Under the pieces are notes generated by a model. That model saw nothing but the letters and a program-made list of their open reading frames with translations, was not told where the DNA came from and searched no databases. From Mytilus edulis (taxonomy: Eukaryota), in the NCBI RefSeq assembly GCF_963676685.1, contig NC_092346.1:39494001-39558000 (forward strand): a stretch of DNA of 64,000 bases, written 5' to 3'. This document shows, in pieces, positions 48,848-62,039 of this stretch (positions are counted from its first letter, which is position 1; the number at the start of each line of letters is the position of its first letter). The translations under genes and the position numbers were made by a program.

Positions 48848-51800
48848 GCTCATGTATATTTCATTTCGTCATTTTGCCAAGGTCTGCATACAAGACTGTA
48901 GAAAACTTGTCATTCGTTGAACATTTAATTTACTGGTTAACCTGTACCAACGAAATCCACAAAAACTAGTATCCAACTAATAATAATGAATCCAGAGTAT
49001 ACCATGTAATCAAATAGAAAGATACCTTCTTCCAAGGGACATGAATAGACATAAAATATGAAAAAGGCCATTTCACACAAACTATAAAAGTGATTATATA
49101 TTCTATGCAGAGTTCTTAAAGTTCACCTGAATAACAGTCCCCCAAGGACTCTTACTGGGTAGAATTTGGAGTCCTGACAAGAAAATAAGGTTCTAAAAAC
49201 AACATGTAAAAACCAGGACTGAATTATTATTTTTTTAACTCTTTTTATAAATCTTAAGTTGTACTCGAAATGTTGAATTAAACCTACATTGTACCTTCTT
49301 TTCAAGTGGCAAGTATAAGTCAATGCTTATCTATGAACTTTTAAACACTAAAGTGTCTATTTTATTTGATTCAATTAGTTTATGTGAAAGATTTTAATTG
49401 ATTTAATCATTACAAACGCTCCAATTCAAGCTCAAATATGAAAAATCTATCAAATATGGCAAAAATTGTCACTTTTATAAGTTTTTGTCAAAAATAAAAG
49501 TGGCCGCATCCGTGTTCATCCTCAACCTTTATATATGTTATGTATCATAATCAAATACAACTTACATTTCAATATTAAGAATGAACACAAATGCGGCCAC
49601 TTTCATTTTAAACGGAAACCGTCCAAAATTTAACTAAAATGCTAACATTGTGAAGATTTCAGTAATTTAGCATGACTTAATGATACTAGTACCGGATATT
49701 TGTGCATTGTATTGTCAAAAAACAGCCCATATTTATGTAGTAGAAGCATTATACTTTCATGACTTTCCAATAAATAACTTAAAATTTACATTTTAACAAT
49801 TTTGTAGACCTGCTATATTTTGAGGCCAAATAAGGGTGGACCTACTCCTTTGTGTGTCTAGCTAAATCCTCCAAACTGCTATAATGGTATAACTTGTGTC
49901 TATAACTCTTTATATCATTACATTTGTGTAAACTAATTAAGGTGACTCACAGTGTCTCTAATAGGCATGTCTTTTGACTTAGGTAAAGGTTTAGGTTCTT
50001 CTTTCACTTCTTTTTCTGAAAACAAATTTAATTCATTTACATAATGGTAAAATTATTTCTTTCATTGATAACCAACAAAAAAAAACCAGACAAAGCATTA
50101 ATTTGGTATAACTAAAAATCATCTGCATCATTGATCACGTGTATCTACATTTAGTAAATTAATAGGATTCCTTATTTAAGAAATAGTTCAAAATTACCCA
50201 AATGTAAGTCATTTTGCATTTAAAACCTTCAAACCCCAGTGGTCTTCCCAGGGCCTTATATCATCATGGTTATTTGATGCTTTATCGCTAGAACGTGATG
50301 CTATCTGAAATTAGTTTCTTATAGATAGTGTTATGGATGTGATGCAAAAACTTCTTGACAAAAGAATGCATTTCATAATTTCCAGATTACCATGATAATA
50401 AAAGAACCCTAATTTGTTGAATACTACCAGGTGCATTAGATTTAGATAAATCTGAAGAATATTCTCTCATGATGGCATCCAGACCAGCTTTAGCAACTCG
50501 ATCTTCTCGCTTTGTGAATTCATCTAAATCACTGTTTTTGTCGCCATCTTCTTTCTTTTCATCTTTTTCTTCTCCTTCTTCCCCGTCTGATTTATCTTCC
50601 CCCCTTCCATTGGCTCTTTAGTTTCTTTGCTTGCTTCTTTTTTCTCCTCTTCTTTTTTCATTGCTTCCTTTTTCTCAGCTCTAAATTCATCTAATAATGT
50701 TTTGGTCTTGGCATCAACTTTGACCTAAAGGGAATATAAATACAAAATGTACAAGGCTTTATTTTTTTCTTTTGCATTAGAATGTTTAGTATCTAACAAT
50801 CTAACTGTTGAATCAAATGATATCTGACAAAATAAAACAAACTTATGACTTGTGCCCCACTCTGCTCCTAAATGCACAAAATCATGTGACAAGAGGGTAT
50901 ATTGTTATGAAAGTTGTGTACAATTGCTTAAATGCATTTTTCATTGATAAACAAAAGTAATAACCCATTTTATTGAATATGGACATGTCTGTGAACTAAA
51001 TAATTTTTTTAGAGTTTCTGTGTAAAATATTATTTCCAGTTTCATCTTTCTTTTTCATATATCTTTAGGTTTTCAATTCTATTGTTTATATTTCATAGCT
51101 GAATTTTGTGACCAGCTTGGATTTAAAAACAAATATTTATTGTATTTGATCGTCAAACCCGGAATGAGCCTTATCTGTTCCTGGAATCTGATCCGGTACT
51201 GTCTATATTTCCGGTTGTGCCAATGATGGTAGCCATTGTTGTTTTTTTTGTCTGTCAGATAAGTTTTTACCCAGATTTACACATTACATGGCGATTTACG
51301 GCAAAAAGCTAGCTGTTGAACATAATAAACATCGTTGTCATGAATAATAAAGATGAAAATGAATTTTGTTTGGAGATTTTGCTAGAATGTTAGAAAAATC
51401 TATGAAATAAACAACATCGGACATTCGAACCGGAATACAACAATATTTTACCAGACCGATCAATTAATCACTGGATTTGTCCAACATATTTCATGTAGTC
51501 TGTGCTTCAGAATATTTTTATCTTGACAATAGTGTACACAAATTTTCTATCTAATCTTACATATGATATTCACTCTTAAAAATAAGATGCATATATTTCA
51601 AAAGTTTTATACAAAATTTCATTAACTTCTAAGAAGTATCTGAAAATGATTAAAACTTAAAATTTGCCAAATTCGGTTCTCTCATCATCAACTTACCACA
51701 AGTTTCTTAGTAGCTATGGTCCATTCATTGAGTAACCTCATACATCGCAAAGTAGCTTCAGGGTCTTCATATTCACAGAAACCAAAGGCTGAAATCATAA

Positions 51801-52019
51801 AAACTCTTTGTTCAGAAAATATCTATGTATAACCTTCAGTTTTCCATGTGAAATTAAATGAAATGTGTCCTACTCTGTCAAAACCCTATGTAGATGAAGT
51901 GTTTGAGCCAGAAAATTGCAGTAGGCTTTGTGAAGACATTTAGATGTTCCCTTGGTATTTTTTGTTTGGTGACAATCTCCCTCACATATTCAAATTCAAT
52001 CATTATTAAAGCTGGACAT

Positions 52020-52537
52020 AACAAGAATGTGTCCAAAGTACACAGATGCCCCACTCGCATTATCATTTTCTATGTTCAATGGACCGTGAAATTGGGTACA
52101 AAAATCCAATGTGGCCTTAAAAGTAAAAAGATCGACCAAAAGGGAACATGTGTACTAAGTTTCAAGTTGATTGGACTTTAACCTCATCGAAAACTACCTT
52201 GACCAAAAAGTTTAACCTGAAACTCACACTTTTAATTTCTATGTTCAGTGGACCATGAAAATGGGGTCAAAAGTCTAATTTGGTTTTAAAATAAGAAACA
52301 TCATATCATAAGGAACATGTGTACTAAGTTTCAAGTTGATTGGATTTCAGCTTCATCAAAAACTACCTTGACCAAAAACTTTAACCTGAAACTCGCACTT
52401 TTAATTTCTATGTTCAATGGACCATGAAAATGGGGTCAAAAGTTTAATTTTGTTTTAGAATAAGAAAGATTATATCATAAGGAACATGTGTACTAAGTTT
52501 CAAGTTGATTGGACTTCAGCTTCATCAAAAACTACCA
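52020..52537 (-). mobile_element. Helentron-type MITE fragment with ~170-bp tandem cores
   Basis: Same terminus and core as 34158-34463. Confidence 0.7.
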
Positions 52538-53517
52538 TGTATGTAAAACATTAAGTCAAGGTATGTTACCATGAAATGGATGAATTCCTTGTTAAAGCAT
52601 ATCACATTCCAAATTTTGTAGATTTATCTCCTATAAAATGTTTTACAGCGAAATAATAAGACATGTCTCGCCTGTTATACTATTACCAAATAGTTCGTTT
52701 CTATGTACCGGTATGTTGCATTGGTGTTTGATTTTGTAAAACTTCGATGTTCTTGTTACACCGTCGTTTTACTCTTATAATTTATGTGTTTCCCTCGGTT
52801 TTAGTTTGTAACCCGGATTTATTTTCTCTTAATCTATTTATGAATTTTGAATGGTGGTATACTACTGTTGCCTTCATTTACTGATCGTGATTAAATTCAT
52901 ACGACAATTATCCAAAACAAAACAAAAAAGGTTTTTAATGCTACAAGTATCGCATAAACTTGTCGTTATAAATCGTTTGTGAACATGAGGTACAGGGCAG
53001 ATTAGTCTATACAAAACAAAGTTAACTTAAAGTGTCTGAGAAACTTACCTAAAACTTACCACGGAATAAAACTATGACCGAGGAACCATGAAAATGAACA
53101 CCTTGCAATCATTCCACACACTGCATATAGTTGACTTATTTATATACAGTATATGAGAAATGGAAAAATATCTTCGCAGTGACCAATAAACTATGAATCT
53201 GTCAGCAGAACATGTACATTTTACAAAGGAAATACCGAACATGCGTACGGGACCACGGAACTTAAACCTTGAATGCTGATCCATAAAATGAAGTCAAAAT
53301 AATGTTAACCCAATCGAAATGACTACGAGGCCTTGCAAGTACCAATTATACCAAATAAAACTATTTTATTACTAATAATAAGTTGCATGTGACAACAAAA
53401 CTATTGTTCCTTAAGCTGTCTCTAAACAATAAAAATATGAACATGAACAATGGACATAGACAGGCGGAAACTGCATTGAAGATTCCTGGTTATTCAATTT
53501 ATCCTTATTAATTGAAA

Positions 53518-54710
53518 AACAAGAGTGCACACGCTGAAATGTCTCGCCTTCTTTACTAATCATTGATATTATGTTGATAGTCCTAAACATAAAGCTTTAT
53601 TACAACTGTCACATAATAGTTATTAAAGGTACCAGGGTTATGAATTAATACGCCAGATGCGCGTTTCGCCTACATCACTGACGCTCAGATCGAAATAGTT
53701 ATAAAGCCAAACAAGTATAAAGTTGAAGAGCATCGAGGACCCAAAATTCCAATTTTAAAACGTTATACCAAAAACAGCTTAGATAAGCTATACCTGGGAT
53801 ATGAAAATCCTTAGTTGTTCGAAAAATTCAAAGTTTTGTAACATAAACTTAACATTGACCAAGAAAACTAAACATTGCTTATAGTTTAAGAAAAACAGAC
53901 CAAAACACTAAAACTTAACATTGGTCAATGAACTGTGAAAGTGAGGTCAAGGTCAAATTAAACCTGTGCGACTGACATATAGATAATAAAATAATTCCAT
54001 ACACCAAATATAGTTGACCTATTGCATATAGTATTAAGAAAAAGACCATAACTCAAAAAATAAACTTTAACCACTGAACCATGAAATGAGGTCAAGGTCA
54101 GAAAACACCTGCCAGTTGGACATGTACACCTTACAGTGCTTCCATATACCAAATAAAGTAGACATATTGCATACAGTATAAGAAAAACAGACCAAAACAC
54201 AAAAATTTAACTATAACCACTGACCCATGAAAAAAGTCAAGGTCAGATGACACCTGTCAGTTGGACATGTACACCTTACAGTGCTTCCATATACCGAATA
54301 TACTAGACCTATTACTTATAGGATATGAGATATGGACTTGAACACAAAACTTAACCTTGTTCACTGATCTTTGAAATGAAGTTGAGGTCAAGTGAAAACT
54401 GTCTGACGGGCATGAGGACCTTGCAAGGTACGCACATACTAATTACAGTTATCCTATTACTTATAATGAGAGAGAATTTAACATTACAAAAAATATTTTC
54501 AAGTAGTCACTGAACCATGAAAATGACGTCAAGGACATTGGACATGTGACTGACAAAAACTTCGAAACATGAGGCATCCATATACAAAGTATGAAGCATC
54601 CAAGTCTGTCACCTTCTAAAATATAAAGCTTTTAAGAAGTTATCCCCGCCGCCGTATCACTATCCCTATGTCGAACTTTCTGCTACAAAAGTCGCAGGCT
54701 CCACAAAAAA
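53518..54710 (-). mobile_element. Helentron-type MITE with a nested retrozyme fragment (53617-53841)
   Basis: Reverse-complement homolog of 16703-18460. The retrozyme piece has a deleted hammerhead core. Confidence 0.7.
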
Positions 54711-56852
54711 ATACAGTAGGATAATTTCAATTTTATTATGGACAAACATATGCCACTGTTACATATTATGTGGGGGAGCAAACTAAATTATTCTAAAACC
54801 TTTGTAATAAACTGAAAAGTATCATTAACAAAATATTCTTTACGTATAAATGTTTTGTCTTTCCTATAAAGACGAATTTTGCCCTTCTAGTACACGATAT
54901 TTGTATCTACTTTGACTATTCCTTTTTAAAAATCAAAGTTAAACTTATTCTCTTAGTCTGTCTTTAACTTTAGAATAATGAAAACTTGTGTTCAGAGTAA
55001 AAGAGAGGCGAAAAATACCGCAGGGACATGCAAACTCACAAGTCTGAAATAAGCAGACAACGCCATGGAACAAAAAGATTGTTTTTTGCTAACAGAACTT
55101 GGGAAAATATATATATTTCACTTCTGATTCGTGCGCGGCCATAGAGACGGCTTTTGTTCATAGAAATAAGAACGTTACACTGTGGATAAGTTGGATGGTA
55201 ATGATTTTGAAAAAAAAGATTTTATGTTGCATTTGGTAAAATCGTCTTTAGCAGAGTGATTAACCAGATATGATGGACAATTTTTTTATAATGCAAGAAT
55301 CAAACCATATAAATTTCCATCAGAACGGAAAAATCTACGATTATCCAGATATCATTCATTAGTCAGGGTTGTCAAGGTTACCATACAGAGGTTTTCGAAT
55401 TGTTTATTTGTTCACTGATTTATGTCGCTGGAAAGCTCAGAAAAGCTAATTTTGCACGTACTTGTTCTGAAACATGACTGCAAATAAGGCTTAATATAAT
55501 TTGAATCATTTAATGAGTTTGAATTGCATCAATATAAAAAAAAAACAGTATAATAATTGAAAAAAATCTGTATGTAAAAAGTCTTTCAAGAAATAAAGGC
55601 AACAGTAGTATACCGCTGTTCAAATTCATAAATCCATGGACAAAAAAACAAAATCGGGGTAACAAACTAAAACTGAGGGAAACGCATTAAATATAAGAGG
55701 AGAACAACGACACAACACTACAATGTAACACACACAGAAACGGACCAAGCATCAGACAAAATCCCACGAGAATAACAAATAAAATATAAAAACCAAATAC
55801 ATGAATTTGGGATAGACAAGTACCGTGACACGTCTTATCGCAATGCGAATTTACACTAAAAAATAAGAGAAAACAAACGACGCAACGTTAAAATGTAACA
55901 CTCACAGAAACGAACTATAATATAACAATGGCCATATTCCTGACTTGGTATAGGACATTTTTAAAGGAAAAAATGGTGGGTTGAACATGGTTTTGTGGCA
56001 TGCCAAACCTCCCTCTTTTATAGCCATGTCAAATATAAAGACCTTTATTTTATCTGAAAAACAAACAGTAATTTTATACATGTCTCAATCAAAATGAATA
56101 AAAAAATTTCGTGAACTTATATAATATGAAATATCAATTATTTTTTTACCCATGAATAAATAACCGTAGCTGTATTTAACAAAGCCTTAGGAACATCTGG
56201 TTTTTCAATGCTCTTCAACTTCTTGCTTTATATGGCCTTTTTAACATTTTGATCTGAGTGTCATCCATGATTCGCTTATAGAACAAATAAGCGTTTGACG
56301 CACAAAATTTTAATCCTGCTATCTTTGATTAATTTTAATATAAATATCCTTACATGAAAAAGTTTCAGGTCAGACAACTTAGGCATTACAAAAAAAAACT
56401 ACTTAGCAACTATTTATCACTTCAAAAAACGCATAACTCGTTCATATTAATCGAGTTTTAACATAATACAGTTTTAAATCTGTGAATGAATGAATGAATG
56501 AATGAATGAATACTAAATTGCCAAAAACATTGAATATACTATAGCAACAAAAGCATTTTTACAACTTGACAAATGATAAACATCATAGACCTATAGATAA
56601 ATGCATAATAAGAAAACAAAACAAAATTGATTAATAACATGTTATCTGAATGACCATGCAGGTTTTATATGATTATAGGAACTTTTTTTATAAAGTAAAA
56701 CCGACGTTAATTTAAATAAATACTGTAATTTAGTAATGCTTGATCAAGAAGAATAAAATTTCGGCAATTGTTGAGACCCAATTGATCTGTAGACAAGGGG
56801 CAGTACGTACCAAAAGTGGTATTTGTTTTCAAACTGAATAACAAACTTTTAC

Positions 56853-57156
56853 AAATAAGTTCATCATAGATACCTGGATTGACATTTTATTATTTGCGAC
56901 AGACGCACGTTTCATCTATACAAGACTCATCAGTGACGCTCGAATCAAAAAGTGTTAAGAAGGCAAAATAAAGTACGAAGTTGAAGAGTATTGAGGACCA
57001 AACTACCTTCAAGTTTTGCCGAACATAGCTATTCAGGTAATTTATTTCTGAGGTAGAAAAGCCTCAATATTTCAACGATTTAAAGTTGTGTAAACTGTTT
57101 ATTTATAAATATTACCATATCAATGATAATTCATGTCAACACAGTAGTGCTGACTA
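56853..57156 (-). mobile_element. Retrozyme-like monomer with a hammerhead at 56895-56941
   Basis: rc reads GAGCGTCA-CTGATGA-GTCTTGTATAGAT-GAAA-CGTGCGTC-TGTCGCA. The body is homologous to 5630-5880, and a paralogous remnant lies at 2735-2840. Confidence 0.75.
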
Positions 57157-59100
57157 TACTAACACGTCAATATCTAGCCATTTTAGTGTATCATCCTTTT
57201 TTATGTTCAGGTGTAGTGTACCACTAAGCAATTAACAAAATCCTAATGAAACTTGGAAAGGCCATGTCAGTTTTTTTTATTTAACTTGTAGTAACAATAA
57301 ATTAATCCGTTTTAATGTTCATCAGAGTTGGTTCTTTTTAGAATTAATAAAAAAAAATATAGATTGGTATCATTTACTGACTTGATTTTAAGTCTGAGAA
57401 ATCTTCTATTGTCTGTCGTAGTGCTTCATTTGTGTGCTTAGTGCTAGCAGTCACCGTTGAGCTGTTTCGTACCTATTTATTTGCATACTTTGTTTTATTT
57501 GTTATTGCATATTTTTTGTATTCGGTGAAAAATCACCAAATTTTGGTCAAATATTTGTCAATATTCCGAATCAAAACAAAGTTTTACATACTTACTATTA
57601 GAAAGAGCTGTCAAATGTGGACCTTCAAACGTATGAAAGCATGGCAAAACTAGAATAAATGCATTTGATTTTTTTCCGAGATTTGGAAATCTGATTTTGA
57701 AACTTATAGAACTTGGTTAAAATAGTAGAATCAATGTGACAATAGGTTGAAGAATCTCAAATTACGTAAATCGATTCAAACACCTGTCAGTGAATTAAAT
57801 TTGATAAGGATCTACTGTTGTGCATTAATCTGTTGTTCCTCTAATGTTATCATATCAATCATTACTAAACATTGCAATTATAACAATGAACATTTTCAAC
57901 ATCGTCCAAACTTAACTTATTTTGGAACCTTTTGTGAGAACAGAAAAAGATAATAACAAAATACATGCAGGTATTTTTTCTTATTTTCTGAATAATAAAA
58001 TGCACAAATTTTGATTCTCTTATAATTTGATCAAATTAACAATCAAATCCTGATGAACTGTGTTAAATTATACATTCAAATCAAATATTTTATATTTGCC
58101 GGTATAAATGTCAATAAGAAAAATAAGTGAAAAAAGTAAAATATTGTATAACGTTATATCTTGGGAAGGGAGATAATGTGTTCCGTCACCAATACTTCCG
58201 TTATACCTCCTAAATTATATATCTGTGCATATCGACACACAACAGTTCATATACCTTAAATCCAAAGTTTCTCTGCTGAAAATTTTCCTATACATAGAAG
58301 GTAAGTTTGCTAAAATTAAACATGCCAAAAACAAAAGGTCACTCCGAAAAGATTGAACTGTGTATTGTGCTACTTTTTTTTATGTCAATTGTTTTTGGCA
58401 TGTACCAAGTAAGTAATTTTCTTCCTCGTTCACTGAAGTAATGAAAAAAGATCGATATTATTTCATAAGAGTTAAATATGTTTATTCAGATTCTGTGAAT
58501 GTTGCATTGTTTCGTTGCTACAAAAGGTGTAAAAATAAACAAAAAATAGAAAGTGAAAGTAATGATATTGTTTCCTTTTATCTTCGATGAAATTATATAA
58601 GTGCTGTTGTTTAAAGCTTCATAATTAAAAAGGGTGATTTTGATGTTATTTTCTACCTGTTATTATACTATTATACACCTGCTGATCGCTTGTCATAAGA
58701 ACTCAAATAATGGGAGACGCCTACATCAGTACATAAAATTCGACCTCATAAACGTTATTATTCGACCTCAGAACGTGTTATTACTTGGACTTAAGAAAAG
58801 TAAGATAACAAGAATACTGAACTCCGGGGAAATTCGAAACGCAATATCCCTTATCAAATCACAAAATCAAAATATAAAACACATCAAACGAATGGATATA
58901 ACAACTGTCATATTCCTGACTAAGTACAGACATTTTCTTATGTAGAAATTGATGATTTAAACATGCTTTTAAAGCTAGCTAAACCTCTTAATTGTGTACC
59001 AGTCAAGTATTAGTCCATTATATTGACAACGATTTGTGAACAACACAAACAGATTTAATAGGTATATATGTCAAAAATAGGGGTAGAGTCGTCAATAGTT

Positions 59101-59320
59101 ACTAGTATCAAAGTTACCACTCTTTTGATTTGATACGCCAGACGCGCGTTTCGTCTACATCAGACTCATCAATGAAGCTCAGATCAAATAATTACAAAGA
59201 CAAACAAGTATATGAAATTGAAGAGCATATTGAAGTCCAAAATTCCAAAAAGTTGTGCCAAGTACGGCTAAGTTAATATATGCCTGGGATAAGAAAATAC
59301 TTAGTACTTCGAACATTTCA
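59101..59320 (-). mobile_element. Retrozyme fragment with a hammerhead variant at 59134-59180
   Basis: rc reads GAGCTTCA-TTGATGA-GTCTGATGTAGAC-GAAA-CGCGCGTC-TGGCGTA (C3>U). Confidence 0.7.
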
Positions 59321-60044
59321 AACTTGCGTTATAATCTTGATCACTATAAAAACAAACAAATATGTCAACAAAGAAACGCAACATTGCTTACCTTTCAATA
59401 TCATTTGTAAGTATAATGTAAAAACGCAGAAACACCGCCTATCTATTGATAGCAGTTGTCAATCTAAATTACAAATCTTGAGCATATAATATGTGTACAA
59501 ACAAAGCAATCAAGTCAACAAGACTAAACTTGCTAGCGTTAGGATAACAGCTTTAGAATTATTATCTGCGCGAAACAAACACACAAAACATTGTACAACT
59601 CGTTTAGTCCACAAAACAAGTATAATATTAAAAGTTGCATGTTGATACCAATTATCTATTAGATTTGAATGACGCAAAATAAAATAGTTTAATTTTTAGC
59701 GGAACTAAAGATCTGACGTTTTAATAAAATATTAGTTATTCTTCGATAAAAATTTAAGAGACCTTTCAGATAAAATAAACAAACACATTTCCTCGATGCA
59801 AATAACTTATACTGCAAAGTGTACTTTGGTACTGATCACTGAACTGTTGATAATCATGATAATAGATGACAGATTTTCTACCAAAAGAGGAATTAACCCA
59901 GTTGTAAAAAAACACCATTCGGAATTAAATGCGTCCAAAGCGCTTTACAAATAAGCTTCTATATAAATTTCAGTGATTTCATCTTCTGGTTTATCGAAGT
60001 ACAAATTTTAAAGCATATGTATCTAATTTGTCTATCGTTTCAGG

Positions 60045-61745
60045 ATGGCATCTAAGGCGCTGATTTGTGACCCATGTTCTAGATTAAAAAAATCATCTAG
60101 CGCCATAAAGTTCTGTACAGATTGCAACGATGCGCTATGTACAGATTGCACTTCTGTTCACAGCGCTCTAAAGATTACTAGTTCTCATCACGTGGTTGAT
60201 ACGTCTGATTTAACCGGTCGTACTTTCAAGTTAAAAAAATACTGCAACGATCATCAAGGTATGCCTTTAGAGTTTTTCTGTTCAGATCATGATTGCTTAC
60301 TGTGCCGATCATGTATGGCTAATACCCATCGTACTTGTGGTAAGATTCTACCATTAGATGTCGCGGCTAAAGGGATAAAGTCTTCAGTCATGTATGATGA
60401 TATTTATAAAGATATTTCTGCATTACGGAAGTCGACAAAGGAGTTAGTAGAAGATAGAGAGAAGAACAAGAAACACATAGGAAGGACCAAAGAATCGACA
60501 CTACAAAAGGTTAAAAAGTTTAGAAGTGATATTAATAAGCATCTCGATAAATTGGAAAAGAAAGTTGCGTCTGGTGTGAGTTTTTTGGAGAGCGAACTTG
60601 AAAAAAAAGCTTCGACCGATCTGTCTGAAGCGGAAACAAGAGATAAAAATATAGAAGATATATGGGAACAAGTCAATTTTCTTTCAAAACATGGTTCCGA
60701 AAGTCAAATGCTTATCCTGCTGAATGAAGTAAGACCAGAAATTATCAAACAATCAACAAATCTCCAGGAGATGATTCTGTCTCTAGATATGAATGGCATT
60801 GATTTTGAACAGGTCGATTTGATATCTTCCATAAGTTCCATTGGATTGGTGAAGCCGACGTCTTCTCCATGTTCTGTGTCATACCAGCCTCATAAACATC
60901 TACAAGCACAAATACAACAAACACAGGACAGAGAACCAACAAAGTTCGAGTTTGAAAAGAAAATTCCTGTACATTTGGGCAGAATCTCTTGTATAGCTGT
61001 AACTGACGACAATATATTACTTCTGTGTAATGACATGATTAGTAACTTTAAAGATAATGTAATAGCATGCAGAGAAACAGGTGTGCAGATTCAAGCATGT
61101 ACTATTTCCGAAAGGGTATTTGGTATAGCTATAATACCACATACAAACGAAGCAGTCGTTAGTTTGGTTGATGTCAAGATTATCCAATTTGTCAATTTAT
61201 CAAGCATGATGCTTGGTAGACAACTCCAGGTTACTATGGCGGACTACGGCATGTATGGTATTGCAGTAGTTCGTGATACAATAATTGTCGGTGGGACCTC
61301 TGGAAATGTGTACTTTATTGAGAAAACAAATGGAAAATGTCTTAAAACTGTTGAAATTGGTAAAGGCAATATAATTTCACTCATGCCATTTATAAGCGCT
61401 AAAGATGAAGTGCTATATTGCTCTGAATATTATGAATATAGCGCTAACACGAAAGTTCATAGCTTGAAACTGGATGGAACTTTTATTTCCAGTTGTGAAC
61501 TAAACAAACCATTTGGAATGACTTTAGATTCAAAAAGAAATGTTTACGTCACATGTTACAACTCTCATGAACTGCATCGTCTGTCCCCTGACCTAAAAGT
61601 CAATAAAATCCTGTTAAAGAAATCAGATGGAATTGACACACCATTGAGTGTTGCTTTCAACAATACATATAGTAAGCTGTACATTTCAAACAGTGGGTTT
61701 GATAAAAGTGTTTTGATTTTCAATTGCAAATGGAACAAACAATGA
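60045..61745 (+). CDS. RING-less TRIM-like protein copy 4 (two B-boxes, coiled-coil, NHL-like beta-propeller), intact
   Basis: 566-aa single-exon ORF after TTTCAG|G-ATG, colinear with copy 3. The stop is changed TGA>TGG, extending the C-terminus by WNKQ. Confidence 0.92.
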   Translation: MASKALICDPCSRLKKSSSAIKFCTDCNDALCTDCTSVHSALKITSSHHVVDTSDLTGRTFKLKKYCNDHQGMPLEFFCSDHDCLLCRSCMANTHRTCGKILPLDVAAKGIKSSVMYDDIYKDISALRKSTKELVEDREKNKKHIGRTKESTLQKVKKFRSDINKHLDKLEKKVASGVSFLESELEKKASTDLSEAETRDKNIEDIWEQVNFLSKHGSESQMLILLNEVRPEIIKQSTNLQEMILSLDMNGIDFEQVDLISSISSIGLVKPTSSPCSVSYQPHKHLQAQIQQTQDREPTKFEFEKKIPVHLGRISCIAVTDDNILLLCNDMISNFKDNVIACRETGVQIQACTISERVFGIAIIPHTNEAVVSLVDVKIIQFVNLSSMMLGRQLQVTMADYGMYGIAVVRDTIIVGGTSGNVYFIEKTNGKCLKTVEIGKGNIISLMPFISAKDEVLYCSEYYEYSANTKVHSLKLDGTFISSCELNKPFGMTLDSKRNVYVTCYNSHELHRLSPDLKVNKILLKKSDGIDTPLSVAFNNTYSKLYISNSGFDKSVLIFNCKWNKQ

Positions 61746-62039
61746 AAATAAATGCCAGATTTAAAAAATAAAATTATTCGAAGTCAGTATATATTAAAAG
61801 TAGATTACAAGATCATGAAATCAACAAATAACTCACTTCAGTTTTCAAGCTAGATCTTCCTCGTATCATGCTGGCGGTTAATACATATTGTAGAATTTCC
61901 TTCTTTTTATCTGTCCTAAATATTACAATAATTTTGTGATGAAGCTCTTTGTAACTCATTAAAGACTTAAAAGTTCTTGTCTATGGTACTTGATTTATGT
62001 TAATTGCAACAATCCCATTATTGTTTGGATTTTAAACTA

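Larger units (their letters stand above)
43297..51788 (-). pseudogene. RBM25: RBM25 (RRM and PWI splicing factor): intron-containing, 5'-truncated, disabled copy
   Basis: Exons: 51697-51788 (FGFCEYEDPEATLR), 50428-50724 (VKVDAKTK, frameshift at C6 50599-50604), 49951-50015, 48139-48220 (KLREKEAAYQE), 47467-47556 (RLKNWE, donor GT>AT), 46939-47012 (RLKEFLENYDD), 46736-~46862 (KPTLRPISS), 45035-46107 (KRKLVPLDY, split by an insert), 44129-44275 (KPWVNKKIIEYIGEEE, PWI), 43297-43389. Confidence 0.9.

Noticed and set aside
50227-50304. Open 78-nt segment with AG..GT inside an RBM25 intron
   Set aside because: No similarity to RBM25 as I know it, a weak donor, and the flanking exons already join in phase without it.
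56483-56511. (TGAA)n microsatellite
   Set aside because: Ordinary simple repeat.
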